Shown: positions 10,331-19,253 of the stretch, in pieces
How the letters are laid out: every line of letters begins with the position of its first letter
Position numbering within the stretch: position 1 is the first letter of the stretch
Source of the DNA: Longimicrobiales bacterium
GTDB lineage: Bacteria > Gemmatimonadota > Gemmatimonadetes > Longimicrobiales > Gaopeijiaceae
Reading direction: 5' to 3'
DNA length: 64,000 nucleotides
Assembly: GCA_965198065.1 (NCBI GenBank)
Contig: CBDAON010000004.1
Location: 320,001-384,000 of the forward strand
Program-made: the position numbers and the translations under genes
The notes under the pieces: model-generated
The model's input: the letters and a program-made list of their open reading frames with translations, nothing else
The model's database searches: none
Told to the model about the DNA's origin: nothing

Positions 10331-10403
10331 TGGGGTGTAGCTCAACTGGCAGAGCGCCTGGCTGTTAACCAGGAGGTTGTAGGTTCGAGCCCTACCGCCC
10401 CAG
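10331..10403 (+). tRNA. tRNA-Asn(GTT); CCA not encoded
   Basis: Acceptor TGGGGTG/CGCCCCA, D arm GCTC...GAGC, anticodon arm CCTGG-CT-GTT-AA-CCAGG, T arm GTAGGTTCGAGCCCTAC. Confidence 0.97.
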
Positions 10404-10464
10404 TCAGCAGGGTTGGCTCAACAGCGCGGTTTGTAGACCTCAAGTAGTTTCGAGGTCCGGTGGG

Positions 10465-10488
10465 GTGTGCATGTTGAGTGTGCATGTT
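10465..10488. repeat. Tandem 11-bp direct repeat gtgtgcatgtt, probable integrase arm-type sites
   Basis: gtgtgcatgtt-ga-gtgtgcatgtt lies between the tRNA 3' end and the integrase remnant. Confidence 0.7.
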
Positions 10489-10499
10489 CAGCGCCGATC

Positions 10500-10615
10500 T
10501 CACTTCGCTTCCCTTAGCCTCCGCCGGTTCGAGGACCACGCGGAGCATGGTGTCCCGGTCCACCTGCTGGTAACACTTCTTGAGCGAGCTGGTGTCCGAC
10601 CATCCGCCTGAGAGC
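10500..10615 (-). pseudogene. C-terminal remnant of a tyrosine recombinase/integrase
   Basis: SGGWSDTSSLKKCYQQVDRDTMLRVVLEPAE(fs)LREAK*: GW...Y catalytic tail, oriented toward the tRNA; no upstream part. Confidence 0.7.
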
Positions 10616-10622
10616 GTAGTCC

Positions 10623-10982
10623 ATGGCCCGCGTTCTCGTTGCCGAAGATGACACACTGGACCTTATGATCCTGCAGTCCCTTCTGGCGAAGGGGGGCCAT
10701 GATCTTGTGGTTGCACCCGATGGAGCGGCTGCGCTCGCGCTCTACGAGACGGACAAGTTCGACCTAGTGATAGCCGACTTAGTCATGCCCGTTGTCGGCG
10801 GTGTTGAGCTCATCCGGGAGATCCTTGCATCCGATCCTGGCGCTTCGATCATCGCGATTTCTGGAATGAGTCCCGAGCAGCTTCCCCTGGCGCAGGATTC
10901 CGGGGCCGTCCGGACCCTCACCAAGCCCCTCGACACCGAACTATTTCTTAGAACGATGAAAGAGGTGCTCGGAGGAGCGTGA
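10623..10982 (+). CDS. Single-domain response regulator (CheY-like REC)
   Basis: VLVAEDD, DLVIADLVMP, IAISG, LTKP; lower GC than neighbours. Confidence 0.92.
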   Translation: MARVLVAEDDTLDLMILQSLLAKGGHDLVVAPDGAAALALYETDKFDLVIADLVMPVVGGVELIREILASDPGASIIAISGMSPEQLPLAQDSGAVRTLTKPLDTELFLRTMKEVLGGA

Positions 10983-11379
10983 GCGTCCTCCCGAGCAGGG
11001 ACGGTGGGCTGGCGCTCGGCTTCAGTCAGGGGGGAGGCAAGGAGATGTAGCGCCTCTGGGAGAATCAGCCATCACCCCCAACCCCCTGGCCTTCACAGCT
11101 TGATGACGGGGCGTGCCGAGACAACCGCGCAGCCGAAGAGACTTGCGTTCGGCCCTTTGTTGACGCTTTTTGATTATCATGCGAGCGTTAGACGTCATCC
11201 TTGGTCTGGGGTGGTTATCGAATTCATGAGGGCGGGGGTCTCGTTCTTTGGAGGCTGCCGCCTTTTCGTATGTTGTGACCGAGAGGGTCACACGAGGCGC
11301 GGCGCATCCGCGCATATCCAGCCGGTCGGTTAGTACGTGTCATAGCGACTCCGACTTGCAAAACCCAAGGAGCGCATTG

Positions 11380-11586
11380 ATGCGTACCAAGGGAACCGTG
11401 AAGTGGTTCAACGATCAGAAGGGCTTCGGCTTCATTACGCCGGAGGACGGTAGCAAGGACTGTTTCGTCCATCACAGCGCGATTCAGGCGGAGGGCTTCA
11501 AGACCCTCGCCGAAGGGGCCCAGGTCGAGTTCGACGTGGTAGAAGGCGCCAAGGGTCCTGCGGCCGAGAACGTCGTCGCGCTCTGA
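11380..11586 (+). CDS. cspA: Cold-shock protein (CspA family)
   Basis: [15 protein letters not shown] (RNP1), CFVHHSAI (RNP2), [17 protein letters not shown]. Confidence 0.96.
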   Translation: MRTKGTVKWFNDQKGFGFITPEDGSKDCFVHHSAIQAEGFKTLAEGAQVEFDVVEGAKGPAAENVVAL

Positions 11587-11615
11587 GCACCCCTCCGCAC
11601 TGAAGAGAGGCACAG

Positions 11616-11647
11616 GCGGGGCCGTCCCGATCTCGGGGCGGCCCCGC
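11616..11647. terminator. GC-rich hairpin between convergent genes
   Basis: gcggggccgtcccga/tcggggcggccccgc inverted repeat. Confidence 0.7.
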
Positions 11648-11680
11648 TTCAGGTTTAGCGGGTTACTCCTCTCATCACCC

Positions 11681-13522
11681 TCAGCGTAGCGTGGCCGCGA
11701 TCGCCTCCATCTCGGCCGCGAGCAGCGCGCGTTTCCGCGCGTACTCCCCGACCCGGCCGCGGGTCAGGCCATCCAGGGCCTGAGCCTCAAGCTCGGCGGC
11801 GGTCGCGGTGAGCCGGTCCGCCACCGGAGGCCCCGCTGAGGCCGCCGCCGCGTCCAGGTCGTCAGCCACGCGCGCCGCCATCTGGGGATCGATGTTCTCT
11901 CCCCGGATTAGCTGGTCCAAGTAGGCCTTCGCCGCGACCACGCTCGTGGGCCAGGTGATCCGGGGCTGGTGCTGGGGATTGAAGGTGTCCGTTCGCGCCA
12001 GCCGGGCCGCTGCGATCTCGTTCTCCGAGAGATGCTCGCTCGGAACGAGCCGGAGAACGTCGAGACCGCGGGCAATCTCGGAGCCGTAGATGTACCCGTT
12101 GAACCAGTATGCCGACCAATGGCCCCCGAGCGTGATCTCCGAATCGTCAATCGGCCCTCGGTCGAAGAACGCGATCTCGAAGGGGCGGCCGGCGTCCGTG
12201 AAGTCGAAGACCGAAATCCCGCCCTGGTACCATGCTTGCGCCTTGATGTCTCGGCCCGGAACGGGAATGAGCGACCCGTTGTGAGCCACGCAGTTCTCCT
12301 CCTCCGTCTGCGGAACGGGCAGCTTGTAGTAGCTCCGGAAACGCAGCTCCCGACCCACGATGTCGAAGATGGCGTTGGCACCCCAAAGCGGCGGATCGTA
12401 GGCGCGACAGCGCGCGGCAATGCCCCCGCCCCACTCGTCCGTGAAGACCAGCTTGGTGCCGTCGTTGTTGAACGTCGCCGAGTGCCAGAACGAAAAGTTC
12501 GGATCCGCGACGTCGTACACGCGCACCGGGTTCACAGGATCGGAGATGTCGAGGAGGATCCCGTCACCCCGGCAGGCGCCCGCCGCGAGACCGATGTCGG
12601 GATACGCCGTGATGTCGTGGCACGCGCTGATGGGGGGAATCTCGCCGGCATCGCGATCGACCCCGTAGATCGCGGAGATGCTCCCGGTGACCGGATCGCC
12701 GAAGATGCGAGGCTGGTTCACGATCCGCGCGTTCTCGGGTGATGCGAGCGGAACTTGAATCACCTCGATCTGGAAGCGCGAGGTGTTCGGATCCTGTTCC
12801 GGCTCCGCGTCCGAGCAGCCCGCCACCTCCTCCGGCGGGCGGGTAGGGCTGTAAGCGGACACGTACACGTAGACGTTCTCGGGGTCGCCGGAGGAGGTCA
12901 CGAGCGAGTGGGTGTGGGAGCCGCGGCACGTCTGCACGGCCGCCACCTGACGGGGGTTCCGGACGTCGGTAATGTCGAAGACGCGGACGCCCTTGAAGCG
13001 ATCCGGGCTGACCGGATCCTCGACCCCCTGCGTGCCACAGTCCAGCCGGCCGATGTTCTCCTGAACAGACTGGAAGAGCAGGTTCTCGTAGACCGAGACG
13101 TCGCCCTGGTTGCCGGGACAGACGACCGAGACGATCAGCTCCGGATCCGTGGGATCGGACACGTCGAAGACGTTGAAGCCCCAGAAGTTCCCCATGAAGG
13201 CGTAGCTGTCGCGGAAGGCGAGGTCCGAGTTCTCGGCAAATCCCGCCGGGCGGGGGATGGTGGCCACAAGCTCGAGGCCGCGCGCGGCCTCACCGGCATC
13301 GAGAAGCCCTGCCCGGAGCCCAATGCGCGGGTCGGCGGCATCCCATTCCCATGCGGGAGGTGGGTCCACGTTCGCGCCCGGCTGCGCCTGCACAGCCTGC
13401 TGAGCGCTCACGTCCGCCGCATTCGTTAGCACGCCCATGAGAATCCACGGCGACCAGGTTCGAGCGGGGACACGAAGCCCACGCTCGCTCCATCCTCGCG
13501 CCCCTCTCGGCCGAGCTCTCAT
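11681..13522 (-). CDS. Secreted LVIVD-repeat beta-propeller protein
   Basis: Signal-like N-terminus; NSDLAF, CPGNQGDVSV, CRGSHTH, CHDIT, WHSATF, TDEWGGG, CVAHNGS. Confidence 0.85.
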   Translation of the reverse strand: MRARPRGARGWSERGLRVPARTWSPWILMGVLTNAADVSAQQAVQAQPGANVDPPPAWEWDAADPRIGLRAGLLDAGEAARGLELVATIPRPAGFAENSDLAFRDSYAFMGNFWGFNVFDVSDPTDPELIVSVVCPGNQGDVSVYENLLFQSVQENIGRLDCGTQGVEDPVSPDRFKGVRVFDITDVRNPRQVAAVQTCRGSHTHSLVTSSGDPENVYVYVSAYSPTRPPEEVAGCSDAEPEQDPNTSRFQIEVIQVPLASPENARIVNQPRIFGDPVTGSISAIYGVDRDAGEIPPISACHDITAYPDIGLAAGACRGDGILLDISDPVNPVRVYDVADPNFSFWHSATFNNDGTKLVFTDEWGGGIAARCRAYDPPLWGANAIFDIVGRELRFRSYYKLPVPQTEEENCVAHNGSLIPVPGRDIKAQAWYQGGISVFDFTDAGRPFEIAFFDRGPIDDSEITLGGHWSAYWFNGYIYGSEIARGLDVLRLVPSEHLSENEIAAARLARTDTFNPQHQPRITWPTSVVAAKAYLDQLIRGENIDPQMAARVADDLDAAAASAGPPVADRLTATAAELEAQALDGLTRGRVGEYARKRALLAAEMEAIAATLR

Positions 13523-14289
13523 CCCGGATTGCTCCCGCGATCGGGGTAGCCCGCCAGCATCTGGGTAATCCGGCGTATCTCGATGCTCTGGTCCGCGTGA
13601 ACGTGCGACGCGAACGCGGAAATCTCCGACTCCTGTCCGGCGGCCGGGGTTCCCAAGAGGTCACTTACCATCTCCAGGGCGCCCTCGTGGTGCTGGATCA
13701 TTCCCTCTAGGAGGAGCCGGTCGAATTCCGCGCCCTCGGCACCTTCAAGGGCCGCCATCTGGTCGGCGGAAAGCATCCCGGGCATGATGGCCGTCGGGGC
13801 CCCTGAAGCAGGCGACGCATCCGGACGCGCCCCGGCGGGTGCTTCAACGCCAAGCGCTCGACTCTCCCCCCTCGACTCGAGCCAGCGCTCCATCAGGCGG
13901 ATCTCGTCGATCTGGGACAGCTCGATGCGCCGGGCCAGGAGCGGGACGTCCCGGCTCACGGACCGGGCGGGCACCAGCGCCGCCATGAGGATGGCCTGCT
14001 CGTGATGCACGATCATTCCCTGCATGAAACGAGCGTCGGCCGCGGTGTGTTCCGGCCCGGAAAGGCTCGAGAGATCGTCGCGGGTGAGCACCCGTACTGA
14101 GCCCCCCGGAGGTCCGGGCTGGACCGTCCGGACCTGCGAGAGCGCGGGCGACGGGAAGGCGGAGATCGCGACGGTCGTCAGGGCGGCGACCGCCGCACCG
14201 GACCGGGCCCAACGAACCCGGAGCGCATCCCCGCCATCTGGGCGCCGGCTACGGTTGCCGTTACGGGACCTGGAGATCGAGCCGGGCAT
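13519..14289 (-). CDS. DUF305 ferritin-like secreted protein
   Basis: FMQGMIVHHEQA and GMIQHHEGA paired HH motifs; start codon uncertain. Confidence 0.88.
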   Translation of the reverse strand: MPGSISRSRNGNRSRRPDGGDALRVRWARSGAAVAALTTVAISAFPSPALSQVRTVQPGPPGGSVRVLTRDDLSSLSGPEHTAADARFMQGMIVHHEQAILMAALVPARSVSRDVPLLARRIELSQIDEIRLMERWLESRGESRALGVEAPAGARPDASPASGAPTAIMPGMLSADQMAALEGAEGAEFDRLLLEGMIQHHEGALEMVSDLLGTPAAGQESEISAFASHVHADQSIEIRRITQMLAGYPDRGSNPG

Positions 14290-14359
14290 GGATATGGTTA
14301 TCGTACTCCGGGCCCCGTGAACGGTCAATCCAATCGGACCCAACGCCACGGGAGGCTTC

Positions 14360-15637
14360 ATGGCACCCCCTCATGTCGTGATCGTCGGCGGCGGCTTCGG
14401 AGGCCTGTACTGCGCCCGAGCACTCCGGAAGGCGCCCGTCCGGCTCACGCTCGTCGATCGAAGGAACTTCCACCTCTTCCAGCCCCTGCTCTACCAGGTC
14501 GCCACGGCGTCCCTCTCGCCAGCCGACATCGCGAGCCCCATCCGCGCCATCCTCAGGAAGCAGGCGAACGCAGAGGTGTGGCTGGGCGAGGTCGTGGACG
14601 TGGACCCTACACACCGTGAGGTCGTCTTGGCCGAAGGCACGATGGTCTCGTACGACTATCTCGTCCTCGCGACCGGCGCGACCCACGCGTACTTCGGTCA
14701 CGAGGAGTGGCAGGCGGTAGCGCCCGGGCTCAAAACGGTGGACGACGCGACCGAGATGCGCCGCCGCTTCCTCCTCGCCTTCGAATCGGCTGAGCGCGAG
14801 GCCAACCCGGACGCGCGAAGGCGGCATCTCACGTTCGTGATCGTGGGCGCCGGACCGACCGGTGTCGAGCTGGCCGGCGCCATGGCGGAGATCGCCCGAA
14901 GGGTGATGCCAATGGACTTCCGCGCCATCGACACGGCGAGTGCCCGCATCCTCTTGGTCGAGGGGTTCGATCGGGTGCTCCCGACCTATCCGGCGGATCT
15001 CTCGGAGCGCGCGAAGCGACAGCTGGAGCGCCTGGGCGTGGAGGTGCGTCTCGGTGCCAGGGTCACCGACGTCGGCGACGATTACGTGCGGGTCGGCGCG
15101 GAGCGCATCGAGACCGGAAACATCTTCTGGGCGGCCGGCGTCGCTGCGTCACCGCTGGGAGCGCGGGTCAGGGCCGAGGTAGATCCGGCCGGGCGGGTCC
15201 GGGTGGCTCCCGACGGCTCCGTCCCGGGGCACCCCGAGACTTTCGTCGTCGGAGACCTGGCCCTTCAGGTCCGGGAGGACGGCTCGCCCGTGCCCGGGGT
15301 AGCGCAGGGCGCCATCCAGATGGGTCGCCACGCGGCCCGGATGATCCGGGGCGACCTGGCGGGGAAGGAGAGAGAGCCCTTCCGCTACGTGGACAAAAGG
15401 GACCTCGCCACGATCGGCCGAGCCGCTGCGGTGGCCCGGATCGCGGGATTCCACGTCTCGGGACTCGCGGCGTGGCTCGTCTGGGTGGGAGTCCACATCT
15501 TCTACCTGATCGGCTTCCGGAACCGGATTCTCGTCATGATCCAGTGGGCCTGGGCGTACCTGACTTACGCTCGGGGAATCCGACTCATCACAGGGGACCC
15601 GGCCGTCGAGCTTGAGCGTGCGCGCCCGGCCCGGTAG
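14360..15637 (+). CDS. ndh: Type II NADH:quinone oxidoreductase
   Basis: GGGFGG, HLFQPLLYQVA, GAGPTGVELAG, WAAGV, VPGVAQGAIQ. Confidence 0.93.
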   Translation: MAPPHVVIVGGGFGGLYCARALRKAPVRLTLVDRRNFHLFQPLLYQVATASLSPADIASPIRAILRKQANAEVWLGEVVDVDPTHREVVLAEGTMVSYDYLVLATGATHAYFGHEEWQAVAPGLKTVDDATEMRRRFLLAFESAEREANPDARRRHLTFVIVGAGPTGVELAGAMAEIARRVMPMDFRAIDTASARILLVEGFDRVLPTYPADLSERAKRQLERLGVEVRLGARVTDVGDDYVRVGAERIETGNIFWAAGVAASPLGARVRAEVDPAGRVRVAPDGSVPGHPETFVVGDLALQVREDGSPVPGVAQGAIQMGRHAARMIRGDLAGKEREPFRYVDKRDLATIGRAAAVARIAGFHVSGLAAWLVWVGVHIFYLIGFRNRILVMIQWAWAYLTYARGIRLITGDPAVELERARPAR

Positions 15638-15641
15638 CGGG

Positions 15642-15675
15642 AACGGGCCCCGGAGCCTCTGCTCCGGGGCCCGTT
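15642..15675. terminator. Perfect hairpin between convergent genes
   Basis: aacgggccccggagc-ctct-gctccggggcccgtt. Confidence 0.8.
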
Positions 15676-15705
15676 GGGCCTTCCCAGTTCGAGCCGTCCG
15701 TCAAG

Positions 15706-17070
15706 CTAGAAGCCGCCGCGACCACCACCGAAGCCACCGCCACGGCCACGGCCACCGCCACCGCCACCGCCCGGGAAGCGGTTGTTCACCACGTTGTTGA
15801 AGATCGACCCGAACTGCCACGAGAGCCCGAGGGAACCCCCGTAGTCGTAGTCCGTGGCCAGCTGGCGAACCTGGAACAGTCGCTCCTCTTCCGTCAGGTC
15901 CTCACCCGAGAGGAAGATCTGGTCGTGGACCTTGGACACTCTCGCGTTCAGGTTCACACTGATCCCCCGGGTGATCCGGTAGCTGACGAACCCGAACAAG
16001 CTCAGGTTGTAGAAGTTGGCGTTGTGTATGTAGTTCGAGAAGGTGGCCGAGACCGAGGCGTTCCCCCACGGCTGCCGCTGTGAGAAGTCGAGCGTGAAGG
16101 CCTCCTCCACGAGCACCTCGCTATCCTGCCCGTAAATCGTCTCCTCAATGTATCCCCGGTACACCGGGCCGATCTGGTAGAACGCCGTGAGGGAGCGTCG
16201 CGTGGCCTCCTCGTAGGGGAAGAAGCTGTACTCGATGGCCGGGTTCAGCTGGACCCTGGCGTGCTGGTTCTGCTGCTCCTGGCGCGCGGGCCCTCCCGTG
16301 ACCCCCACGGACCAGTGCTCTGCGATCGAATAGACGAGCCTCAAGTTCACGCTCCAGTTCACCCGGCGATTCGTGAACCAGGTCTCGTCCGACCGCTGTC
16401 TCTCGTCGTTGTTCAGGTTCCAGTTGCCGTTCAGACTCGTCTTCCACGTGGGGGTCGTCCTGGACGCGTTGAACCCGGCGTTGGCCCGGTACTCCCTGCT
16501 GGTCGCCTCAAAGTCGACATTCCCGCCCCCGTTGACCCGGAACGTCCACAGGTTCCACGGATCGTCCACTTCTTCGGGCGCGACGATGCCCTGGGGGGGC
16601 AACGCGTCGGACACATCATCGGCGTCCCCCTCGAAGGGCTCGACCCTGGCCACGTTTCGGAAGCCCGCTACGTTCGCGAACTGTGCGAGCCCGAGTGAGA
16701 GCGTGTACGCCACGCCGTCCAACTCCTCACGCTGGGTGTCCGTGTTCCTCGACTGGTAGCGGTTCTGGGTCACGTAGGCGGCCGAGGCACCGCGGCCGAT
16801 GAAGTCGAGAATGTATTCGCGGCCCCCCCCGCCCAGGGCCTGGCTCGTCATGATCACGTGGACATGAGCGTCCTGGGGATCCCGCACCCAATTGATCCAC
16901 GTGATCTCGGTTCGATAGTAGGTCTGGTCGCACTGCGGCCCCTGGCAGTCGAAGAAGACCCGGGGGCGACCCCCCGGAGCCTGACCGGGGTCCTGCGCCG
17001 CCAGCGATCCAGGCAAGAGCAGGAGGGGGAGGAGCACGAGAGGAGTCAGCGCTATGAAGGCTCGGCGCAT
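15706..17070 (-). CDS. Probable outer-membrane beta-barrel protein with Gly/Arg-rich tail
   Basis: Signal peptide, N-terminal FDCxxxxCD, amphipathic beta-strands, FGSIFNNVVNNRF, terminal Phe. Confidence 0.75.
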   Translation of the reverse strand: MRRAFIALTPLVLLPLLLLPGSLAAQDPGQAPGGRPRVFFDCQGPQCDQTYYRTEITWINWVRDPQDAHVHVIMTSQALGGGGREYILDFIGRGASAAYVTQNRYQSRNTDTQREELDGVAYTLSLGLAQFANVAGFRNVARVEPFEGDADDVSDALPPQGIVAPEEVDDPWNLWTFRVNGGGNVDFEATSREYRANAGFNASRTTPTWKTSLNGNWNLNNDERQRSDETWFTNRRVNWSVNLRLVYSIAEHWSVGVTGGPARQEQQNQHARVQLNPAIEYSFFPYEEATRRSLTAFYQIGPVYRGYIEETIYGQDSEVLVEEAFTLDFSQRQPWGNASVSATFSNYIHNANFYNLSLFGFVSYRITRGISVNLNARVSKVHDQIFLSGEDLTEEERLFQVRQLATDYDYGGSLGLSWQFGSIFNNVVNNRFPGGGGGGGRGRGGGFGGGRGGF

Positions 17071-17259
17071 CACATCACCACCATTCGAGTGAAGGCAAGC
17101 GGGCACCCGTTCTAGACACCCGGCCAGACTGGAGTGTTGACCCTGCGCGCCGCCGGGTCGAGGCCCCCCAGGGCCGCGCCCTCGGACCCGTACACACTCC
17201 TCACAAACGGCTCGACCCGAAGCCCACTCGACGACCGCGCGGGCCAAGGCGGCGCTCGG

Positions 17260-17823
17260 TCAGCCCGCATAGTATGGCATCATCATCAGGTAGACGACAA
17301 CGCCGGTGACGGCCACGAACATCCAAGCTGGAAGGGTCCACCGAGCGATCCGCCTGTGCCGCCGGAACTCGCCGCTCAGCCCGCGGACGACCGTATAGAG
17401 CGCGAGAGGGAGCACCAGGGGCGCTAGTGACACGTGGCTGATCAAGATCGCGAAGTAGGCCGTCCGCACCCAGCCCTCCCCTCCGTACCGGACGGAGGGG
17501 GCCTGAGAGTGATATAGCACGTACGACACGAGAAACACGCAGGACAGCGCTAACGCCGTGACCATGGCCCTCTGGTGCGCGGTCACCCTACGGGCCCGAA
17601 TGAGCCCGTATCCTACCGTGAGGAGGATGGCCGTCGAGCCGTTCAGGACGGCGTGCACACGCGGAAGGCCCGACACGTCCAGCCCCTCGATCCTCAGGGT
17701 CTCGGGGAATACGACGAGAGCGAAAACCACGGCGCATACGACGGCAGACAGCCCATACACGAGCGCCGCGAGCGACCGCTCGCCCATTCCCGACGTACCC
17801 GTTTCATCCACGCCTTCGATCAT
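17260..17823 (-). CDS. DUF420 membrane protein
   Basis: LPRVHAVLNG, FLVSYVLYH, ILISHVSLA, HRRIARWT, TGVVVYLM. Confidence 0.88.
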   Translation of the reverse strand: MIEGVDETGTSGMGERSLAALVYGLSAVVCAVVFALVVFPETLRIEGLDVSGLPRVHAVLNGSTAILLTVGYGLIRARRVTAHQRAMVTALALSCVFLVSYVLYHSQAPSVRYGGEGWVRTAYFAILISHVSLAPLVLPLALYTVVRGLSGEFRRHRRIARWTLPAWMFVAVTGVVVYLMMMPYYAG

Positions 17824-17975
17824 CTCCCACCCCTCCGATCCATCCTCGCTGCCCGTCCCGACAGAGACGATCGCGGTTCGGACGGTCGGGAGAAAGCCCG
17901 AACCCATATTGACCCGCAGGCTCCGCGCACCGAGGATCAGGCGTATCCGTCCGGAATCCCGCCCTGGACTACCTC

Positions 17976-19253
17976 ATGCTTCCGGCACTCTCCTTCGTTC
18001 TCGGGCTGCTCGCGCAGAACGCGCCCGTCCAGACATCGCCCGCGCAGCCGGACACCGCGGCGGCGCGGTACGAGGTCTTTCTCTGGACCATCGACCAGGG
18101 AGCCGCGGTCTGGGAGCGCTTCGGGCATAACGCGCTCCTGATTCGCGACCGCACGACCGGAGAGGAGCTGGCCTGGAACTGGGGACTCTTCGACTTCAGC
18201 GCGGACGACTTCCTGGTCCGGTTCCTCCGCGGCAGTATGGAGTACAGCATGGGGCCGTTCGAGCCGGGCGCGCTCCTCGCCTCGTACGTGGCCGCCGATC
18301 GTACGGTCTACTCGAACCAGGTCCTCCTGTCCGACGAGGAAGCGGGAGCGCTCAACCAGCTGGTCCTCCGGAATTTCCTCCCCGAGAACCGCTCCTACGT
18401 CTACCACTACTTCCGGGACAACTGCTCTACCCGTATCCGGGACGCGCTCGATCGTGTGACGGGCGGGGTGCTGAGAGAGACGTTCGACGGCCGCGGGGTC
18501 TCTCGGAGCTATCGCTGGCACACGCGCAGGCTGGTCCAAGCGACCCTCTGGATCGACCAGGGCCTCTCCTTCCTTCTCGGAACCCGAGGAGACCTCGCCC
18601 GCTCGGATTGGGAGGCCATGTTCGTCCCCATGGAGATGATGACGCTGCTCGAAGGGGCGAGGCGTTCCGTCGGCCCGGACGGCACGGCGCCGTTCCTCGG
18701 GCCGAGGGAGGTGCTCTATCAGGGATCCCGGCCCCCCGCTCCGGACTCACCGCCCACGCTCTCGGCCGCGTGGGTCGTGCTCGGCCTCGGGCTGGGAGGC
18801 GGGCTCGTGGCGATGGGCAGGCTGGCCCGCCGGAGCCTCACGTGGGGGCGCTGGGCGCTGTCGCTCGCCGCCGCGAGCTGGGGGTTGTTCTCGGCGGGAC
18901 TCGGCGGGCTCCTCGTGATGGCGTGGTTCACGGACCACGACTTCATCCAGCGGAACGTGAACCTGCTCCACCTTTCCCCGCTCGGCCTCCTTTTGGCCGT
19001 TGCGTCTCTCGGTGCGGCGGTGTCCGGGGGGAGCGGGCGCGCCCAAGCCGCCGCGCTCGTGGTGGCCAGCCTCATCGCGGCCCTCTCGCTCCTCACCGCG
19101 CTCGTCGAAGCCACTCCGCTCCTCGACCAGGGAAACGGCGAGGTGCTCGCCATCGCGCTGCCGGTGAACACCGCCCTCGCGTGGGCGTTCTGGAGGGCCC
19201 GCGCGGAGCGGGCGTCACGTCAGCCGGCGCCGTCTCGAACGAGCCCGGCGTAG
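17976..19253 (+). CDS. DUF4105 / Lnb-like lipoprotein N-acyltransferase domain protein
   Basis: WERFGHNAL, NWGLFDF, YHYFRDNCSTRIRD plus C-terminal TM helices. Confidence 0.8.
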   Translation: MLPALSFVLGLLAQNAPVQTSPAQPDTAAARYEVFLWTIDQGAAVWERFGHNALLIRDRTTGEELAWNWGLFDFSADDFLVRFLRGSMEYSMGPFEPGALLASYVAADRTVYSNQVLLSDEEAGALNQLVLRNFLPENRSYVYHYFRDNCSTRIRDALDRVTGGVLRETFDGRGVSRSYRWHTRRLVQATLWIDQGLSFLLGTRGDLARSDWEAMFVPMEMMTLLEGARRSVGPDGTAPFLGPREVLYQGSRPPAPDSPPTLSAAWVVLGLGLGGGLVAMGRLARRSLTWGRWALSLAAASWGLFSAGLGGLLVMAWFTDHDFIQRNVNLLHLSPLGLLLAVASLGAAVSGGSGRAQAAALVVASLIAALSLLTALVEATPLLDQGNGEVLAIALPVNTALAWAFWRARAERASRQPAPSRTSPA

